From assembly GCF_963921235.1 (NCBI RefSeq), contig NC_086118.1, forward strand, positions 24,738,001 through 24,802,000: a stretch of DNA of 64,000 nucleotides, read 5' to 3'. The notes below the pieces were generated by a model. It was not told where the DNA came from. It made no database searches and was given only the letters and a program-made list of their open reading frames with translations. Origin of the DNA: Mobula hypostoma. Taxonomy: Eukaryota. Position numbers and translations under genes: made by a program. Below, in pieces: positions 62,213-64,000 of this stretch; position 1 is the first letter of the stretch, and the number at the start of each line of letters is the position of its first letter.

Positions 62213-63137
62213 CTAAATGGAACAGTGCAGAAATCTGCGGTCATTCTCAGAGAAAGAAAACAAAATTACATTCATTCATATGTTACCATCATTTCTAACA
62301 AGGCTGGCACGTATAGTACGCCCTTAATCTTGGGAGGAAATTACGGTTCGACGACATTGGGGTTCTACAGGCACAAACTGGCTTCTCAAAGTCCAAACCT
62401 ACGTCACTGTCGTGAGAGGTGGAAACAGGTAAGGTTAGCCAACAGGGCTCTGGTGAAACTACGTAGGCCAATCCCCTGTACAGTGAATACAGTGGATCAC
62501 AGAAACATTGATGAACTCCAACCATACCATCGACTTTGGACGATGGAGACGGGAGGTCACCAATGGCCTATGTTTCACTGAGGGTTGATGGCCCAAGAAG
62601 AAGGCACACATTGGGTAATGTTCATGGCTGAACCAAGAGTGGGGCCTGGATATCTCCATGGTTCCACTAACTAAGGAGGTAATTACAGGCTTACAGCGAA
62701 GCGAAAGTGACAGAGCGGCCCATGTTAAACTCACTGATAGTGGACGGCGGGCAGAAGAGCGATGGAAGCAGGATGATCCTGAGAGGCAGACTATGCACAG
62801 GCCTGGTAGGATGGGAAGCAAGCAGGGCTGAAAGGGTGATAACGATGTGGGGTGAACCAGCAATGAACCATTGAATGTGCAACAGTAAAGGGCCTCAGAG
62901 TAGGATGTTTGGGACTAGCTGTGGACCTGGCAGGGTGGGGTTACAGCCAATTTGAAGGAGAGAAGACAGAGTGGAGATCGAGCTGACCTGAGATGGAGGT
63001 GGAAGCTGAAGTGGGCCTGGAAGGGTGAACCAAGGGCAGGGATGAGCAATGGAAAGGCACAATTAACCAGAGGAGTAGGGTGTACAGAACTGAACCGGGC
63101 AATGTGATTCCATAGTTTCTAGAAACCTACATCATAC

Positions 63138-63296
63138 CTCTTTTCAGAAAGGTAAAAGGAAAGCACTGGATCACCACGGCCACTTGCTCTCATCACTCTT
63201 AGACAGGTGCCACGGTACAGGTCAAAAATTCTGATCTTCCCATCACTGCATCCACTGAGTACCCGAAGGTAAAGATGATGCAGACAAAGTACCTCA
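63138..63296 (-). CDS. FBXW10: FBXW10 last WD40 exon (upstream exons beyond window)
   Basis: AG/GT flanked, 159 nt, EVLCLHHLYLRVLSGCSDGKIRIFDLYRGTCLRVMRASGRGDPVLSF, closely like FBXW10 'LRVISACADGKIRIYNF..ANGRGDPVLSF'. Confidence 0.88.
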
Positions 63297-64000
63297 CTGT
63301 AGAGTGATAAGGTCATAAATAACATTCTAACAACCTGCAGTGTGAAAGGATTATAAACAAAACTCCAACAACTTCAACTGACATTTTGTGCTGTTGAAAT
63401 ACAAAGTAAATCAATGAGGGAAATCAAAAATAACAAAGGGCAATAGGTTAAGTTGAAGTTAACCATTAAACTATGACAAGGCAAAATATTAACAAATTTG
63501 AAACAGTAACCCCATCTATTTGCCATTAACTCTGGTAGTGATGAAGAAGGCAGGCAGCCAGACCTCTTTCAGGTGGTTAGGACAGTTGTTGAAATTTTTG
63601 GAGTCTATATTCCATCTCTTTAATAGCTTTTCTATTTTAACCATGGTCCCTGAGCTTTGGAAAACCTTGGAGATGAATGGAAGTGAACGGTGGGGTAACC
63701 AGGAGCAGGACCTGTTAATTTATCCTGTAAAATCCACTTACTGGCAGAAAACGATTGAAAGACAGAAATCCCATTCTGTTGGGGTTTCCTCACATCCTGT
63801 GCAGCTTTCAGAGCCTAGTACCACAATGCTTTCAAGTCATGAAAATGCACACTGACAAATTATACAAAAACATAATTTGTGAATGTGAACTTGAGGCATT
63901 CTGAGTTCACAGTTAGGATGAAGGACTATCTTCAGGAACAATAATCTGTGTGGATATTGCTTCTTCATTCAGGATAGATAGAAGCACACCTTCCAGTGAA

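Noticed and set aside
62270-63060. GC-richer intronic block with several short ORFs
   Set aside because: Probably a decayed repeat; no motif or terminus could be identified with confidence.
63297-63336. Alternative acceptor at 63335 for the FBXW10 WD40 exon
   Set aside because: The acceptor at 63297 has a better pyrimidine tract and protein similarity begins there.

Overview
Vertebrate genomic DNA, most likely from a cartilaginous fish such as a ray (inferred from the repeat families; not provable here). The window holds: (1) two tandem APOA4-like apolipoprotein copies on +, one represented only by an intact terminal exon (545-1445) and one a complete 4-exon gene (~11283-14530) with a 1-nt frameshift in exon 4; (2) a complete 7-exon TVP23B gene on - (CDS 51324 to 30951, 207 aa) with a CpG-island promoter; (3) the last four coding exons of FBXW10 on -, giving the FBXW10-TVP23B order known from human 17p. 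The rest is repeat-dense: two long CR1 LINEs, a young non-autonomous Gmr1-like (SCAN-gag) LTR element, two decayed Gypsy loci, Tc1 elements, tRNA-derived SINEs and many Penelope-like element (PLE) copies carrying a minimal hammerhead ribozyme motif. The most striking structure is a ~1 kb near-perfect palindrome (27617-28629) that starts exactly at a 90-bp PLE hammerhead insert and creates a new TA-flanked, two-ended Tc1 foldback unit. Other PLE inserts also sit at duplication or rearrangement junctions. All calls were made by eye without database searches.
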